A stretch of DNA of 64,000 bases from an uncultured Rhizobiaceae bacterium. GTDB taxonomy: Bacteria; Pseudomonadota; Alphaproteobacteria; UBA828. The DNA lies in assembly GCA_964429775.1 (NCBI GenBank), contig CAYSDJ010000011.1:2692-66691 (forward strand). The letters are read 5' to 3'. The notes beneath the pieces are model-generated. The model was given only the letters and a program-made list of their open reading frames with translations. It had not been told where the DNA came from and made no database searches. The first letter of the stretch is position 1, and every line of letters starts with the position of its first letter. Of the stretch, positions 60,963 through 64,000 are shown piece by piece. The position numbers were made by a program, and so were the translations under genes.

Positions 60963-61712
60963 ATGGATCTCTCTCTCTTCGGTATTTTCATCGCTTTTGT
61001 GGCCGGCGTGATTTCATTTCTCTCGCCTTGTGTGCTGCCGTTGGTGCCGGGCTATGTGTCTTATATCGCCGGCGGTTCGCTCGAGGATTTGACCGAGGAT
61101 CCGAGCGCCAAGCGGCGCATGCGGGCGATTTATCTCAGCCTATTTTTCGTGCTCGGCTTTTCGCTCGTCTTCATCGCGCTTGGCGCCAGTGCCAGCGCCG
61201 TTGGCGAATTCCTGCTCAGCAACAAGCGGTTGTTCGAATATATTGCCGGCGCGGTGATTATCGTCTTCGGCCTCTATCTCATGGGCCTGTTAAAAATTCC
61301 CTTCATGGCGCGCGAGATGCGCTTCGTCAGCCACGCCGCCGGCGGTCATCCGGCCAGCGCGCTTCTGCTCGGCACCGCTTTCGCCTTCGGTTGGACGCCG
61401 TGCATTGGCCCGGTTCTGGGCGGCATTCTCACTATGAGCGCCAACACCAACGAGATCGGCGCCGGCGTGATATTGCTCGCTTTCTATTCGCTCGGTCTTG
61501 GCCTGCCGTTCCTGGCCGCCGCCGCCTTTACCGGCTTTTTTCTCAATTCGATGAAATCGATGCGCCGCGCCGGGCGTTATTTCCAAATCATCGCCGGCGC
61601 GGTCATGGTGGCGATGGGCGTTGCCCTGGTCACCGGTTATCTGACCTCGCTCGCCTATTGGCTGCTCGAATTGGCGCCGGGCTTAGCTACCCTCGAAGGC
61701 GCGCTTATTTGA
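60963..61712 (+). CDS. ccdA: cytochrome c-type biogenesis protein CcdA (DsbD-family thiol-disulfide transporter)
   Basis: Two conserved Cys (SPCVLPLVP, WTPCIGP); 6 TM helices. Confidence 0.85.
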   Translation: MDLSLFGIFIAFVAGVISFLSPCVLPLVPGYVSYIAGGSLEDLTEDPSAKRRMRAIYLSLFFVLGFSLVFIALGASASAVGEFLLSNKRLFEYIAGAVIIVFGLYLMGLLKIPFMAREMRFVSHAAGGHPASALLLGTAFAFGWTPCIGPVLGGILTMSANTNEIGAGVILLAFYSLGLGLPFLAAAAFTGFFLNSMKSMRRAGRYFQIIAGAVMVAMGVALVTGYLTSLAYWLLELAPGLATLEGALI

Positions 61713-62586
61713 TCTCTTCAGTGAGCAGCGCTTTCAGCCCGCTGCGGTAGTCCGGAAAGCGCAGTGCAACGCCGAGCTCATTCTTGATACGGTCGTTGCG
61801 CACCAGCCGGTTCTCGGCCCAAAAGCTTCGCGCCATGGTCGACATATTATTGGCGTCGTAGTCTTGCACGGGTGGCGGCGTGACACCGAGCAGCTCTGAG
61901 GCGTGGCTGACGACATCCGCCGGCGCCGCTGCTTCATCGTCGCATACATTATAGATCGCGCCGGGGTTGGGCGCGGCCATCGAGGCGAGCAACACCTGGA
62001 CGATATCATCAACATGAATGCGCGAGAATAAGTGCCCCGGTTTGACGATGCGTTTGGCCGTACCGGCGCGCACCGTTACCAGGGCGTTGCGCCCGGGGCC
62101 GTAGATGCCGGCCAGGCGAAAAATATGAACGGGGACACCACGTGACCGCCAGAGGTCGAGCCAGGCCTGCTCCGCCGCCAGGCGCTGGCGGCTGCGTTCA
62201 TTGCCCGGCTTCGGCGCGTCTTTTTCCGTGACCCAGGCGCCGCCCCTATCGCCGTAAACGCCGGTGGTTGAGAGATAGCCGAGCCAGGCGAGCTCCTGCA
62301 CAGCGGCGATTTTATCGGCCGCGGCGAGGAGCACCGGATCGCCGGTGGCGCCGGGCGGAATGGTGATGAGAATATGGCTGGTGCCGGGCGGAATTTCGGC
62401 ATTTTCCAGCTGCCCGCCGACGATGCCATGCGCCTCCAGTTCCTGCAGCGCCGCGCCATCGCGCGAGGTGCCGGCGACCTGCCAATCCAAAGCGCGCAGC
62501 GCCAGCGCCAAGCGCGCGCCGCTATAGCCGAGGCCAAAACAGAATAACTGGCCAAGCGGAAGCGCACTATGATAGGGGGAGCTCAC
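61705..62586 (-). CDS. NAD-dependent epimerase/dehydratase family protein (atypical SDR)
   Basis: GLGYSG Rossmann motif; putative GTG start at 62586. The 390-aa ORF's N-terminal extension overlaps the divergent TPR gene and looks non-coding. Confidence 0.55.
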   Translation of the reverse strand: MSSPYHSALPLGQLFCFGLGYSGARLALALRALDWQVAGTSRDGAALQELEAHGIVGGQLENAEIPPGTSHILITIPPGATGDPVLLAAADKIAAVQELAWLGYLSTTGVYGDRGGAWVTEKDAPKPGNERSRQRLAAEQAWLDLWRSRGVPVHIFRLAGIYGPGRNALVTVRAGTAKRIVKPGHLFSRIHVDDIVQVLLASMAAPNPGAIYNVCDDEAAAPADVVSHASELLGVTPPPVQDYDANNMSTMARSFWAENRLVRNDRIKNELGVALRFPDYRSGLKALLTEEIK

Positions 62587-62646
62587 GCCGCATAATAGAT
62601 TGTCAGGCCGATAATTGTCACAATCCTTAAGGAAAGCTTCGCCACC

Positions 62647-63405
62647 ATGCTCCGCCGCGCACTGATCACAACCTTGTTCGCACTGCTGTTTTGGCCGTCT
62701 TGGCCGGACGGCGCGGCGGTGGAGAATCTCGTTCAGGGGCGCGAATATGATCAATGTATCGAGCTTGCCATGCGCGAGCCGGAAGTCGGTTTCGAGCGCG
62801 CCATGGCGTGGCGTGATCTCGGCGGCGGTATCGCGGCCCGGCACTGCGTCGCCGTGGCGCTCTATGGGTTGGGGCATTTCGGCGAATCTGCGCTGCGTTT
62901 GGAGCGCCTGGTGCAGGAGAATGCCGATGCGGGCCTGCGCATCTCTCTGCTCGGCCAGGCCGGCAATGCCTGGTTGATGGCGGGTGAGATCGAGCGCGCC
63001 AATGCGGCGCTAACGGCCGGCCTCGAATTGGCGCCGAATAATATCGACCTCTTGATTGACCGTAGCCTGGTTTTGGCCGCCGCTGAGAATTATTGGGAGA
63101 CCGTCGACGATCTCAACCGGGCGCTCGATATCGACCCGGACAATTCAGACGCGTTGATCTTCCGCGCCAGCGCCTACCGCTATCTCGACAGCCTTGATTT
63201 GGCGGCGGATGATGTCAATCGGGCGTTGGAAATGGATGGCGACCATGTCGCAGCCTTTTTGGAGCGCGGCAATATCCGCCGCCTGCGCGGTGACGACGCC
63301 GGCGCACGCGAGGACTGGCTGCAGGTGACCAAACTTGCGCCCGATTCGCCGGCTGCCGATGCGGCCCGGCGCAATCTGGAAAAGTTGGATATCAAGCCGG
63401 AATAG
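62647..63405 (+). CDS. secreted tetratricopeptide-repeat protein
   Basis: Signal peptide plus several TPR-like repeats ([19 protein letters not shown]...). Confidence 0.7.
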   Translation: MLRRALITTLFALLFWPSWPDGAAVENLVQGREYDQCIELAMREPEVGFERAMAWRDLGGGIAARHCVAVALYGLGHFGESALRLERLVQENADAGLRISLLGQAGNAWLMAGEIERANAALTAGLELAPNNIDLLIDRSLVLAAAENYWETVDDLNRALDIDPDNSDALIFRASAYRYLDSLDLAADDVNRALEMDGDHVAAFLERGNIRRLRGDDAGAREDWLQVTKLAPDSPAADAARRNLEKLDIKPE

Positions 63406-64000
63406 CGCGCCACTCGGCGCATATCTCGGCATCCTTCTCTTGCGCCAGATGCTTAGCCTTGCATTGCTCGAAGCGCTCCGGGGGCGCGAGCCGGGCGAAC
63501 GCCCAGACGGCCATGGCACGGACCAGGGGCGATTCGTCGCCTAATCGCCTTTCGGCCACATCGGCGAGCGCCGCATCGCCGCTATTGCCTATCGCGATCA
63601 TCACGTTGCGCACGAAGCGGTCACGCCCGGTGCGCTTTATCGGTGAGCCGGAAAAAAGTTTGCGGAAGGTGCTGTCGTCGAGCTCGGCCAATTGCGCCAG
63701 GCGCGGCGCGCTCAATTCGGCGCGCGGCTCAAAAGCGTGCGCCGCCCCGGTTTGGGCGAATTTGTTCCACGGACAAACGGCGAGGCAATCGTCGCAGCCA
63801 TAAATGCGGTTGCCCATAGCGGCACGAAATTCACGCCCAATATGGCCCTTATGTTCGATCGTCAGATAAGAAATGCAGCGCCGGGCATCCAAACGGTAGG
63901 GCGCCGGAAAAGCAGCCGTCGGGCAGCTATCGAGGCACGACCGGCAACTGCCGCAATGGTCGCGCGCGGGTGCGTCAGCCGGCAGATCGAGGGTGGTGAA
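63392..64000 (-). CDS. queG: epoxyqueuosine reductase (C-terminal part; gene continues past the window end)
   Basis: DHCGSCRSC...CP 4Fe-4S motif translated in frame up to nt 64000; C-terminal HEAT-like region. Confidence 0.8.
   Translation of the reverse strand, partial: FTTLDLPADAPARDHCGSCRSCLDSCPTAAFPAPYRLDARRCISYLTIEHKGHIGREFRAAMGNRIYGCDDCLAVCPWNKFAQTGAAHAFEPRAELSAPRLAQLAELDDSTFRKLFSGSPIKRTGRDRFVRNVMIAIGNSGDAALADVAERRLGDESPLVRAMAVWAFARLAPPERFEQCKAKHLAQEKDAEICAEWRAIPA

Noticed and set aside
61705-62877. 390-aa version of the epimerase ORF
   Set aside because: The N-terminal ~95 codons overlap the divergent TPR gene and translate to non-protein-like sequence (Cys/Gln/Arg-rich). An in-frame GTG at 62586 gives a normal-length Rossmann protein.

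Overview
High-GC (~63-65%) chromosomal segment that looks alphaproteobacterial, probably Rhizobiales-like. Three things point that way: a BMP-type nucleoside ABC transporter fused to the deo genes, an hsp20-DUF1150 pair, and CtrA-type TTAACCAT motifs. The window is almost entirely coding (~60 genes), mostly in minus-strand operons. Layout: (1) 18-11940, a complete nucleoside uptake and catabolism locus (BMP binding protein, two-domain ATPase, two permeases, cdd, purine nucleoside phosphorylase, deoC, an unusual ~795-aa aldehyde dehydrogenase, deoA, deoB), translationally coupled by ATGA overlaps. (2) 12032-25011, an uncharacterised oxidative catabolic cluster with no regulator gene (PhyH-like dioxygenase, LLM flavin oxidoreductase, FAD-linked oxidase, acyl-CoA synthetase, amidohydrolase-2, isochorismatase-like hydrolase, peptide/opine-type ABC transporter, NadX-like dehydrogenase). 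(3) 25012-33286, mixed membrane and stress genes (Zn-ribbon::DMT fusion, hydrolases, BI-1, ThpR, SDR, PG-binding protein, hsp20-DUF1150 behind a sigma32-type promoter). (4) 33289-40355, the fadE-fadB-fadA-fadD beta-oxidation operon. (5) 40356-47325, a lower-GC signalling and haem island: an orphan CheY behind two perfect CtrA-type TTAACCAT boxes, ispG, and a histidine kinase with a periplasmic CXXCH (haem c) sensor domain. (5b) 45341-48028, next to it on the opposite strand, a truncated haemoglobin N with its own 2Fe-2S/FNR-type reductase, a DUF302 protein and a 2OG oxygenase. (6) 48025-57181, lepA, pheT, pheS (TTG start), rplT, rpmI, a CheY-like gene inserted between rpmI and infC, infC (non-AUG start) and thrS. 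(7) 57277-64000, LPS-core glycosyltransferases, a hydrolase, TlpA-CcdA, an epimerase, a TPR protein and partial queG. No rRNA, tRNA, CRISPR, transposase or integrase was seen. The candidates for something new are the haem-c sensor kinase and CheY genes behind CtrA boxes, the trHbN plus dedicated reductase, and the regulator-less catabolic cluster. All motif calls are by eye and need profile or experimental confirmation.
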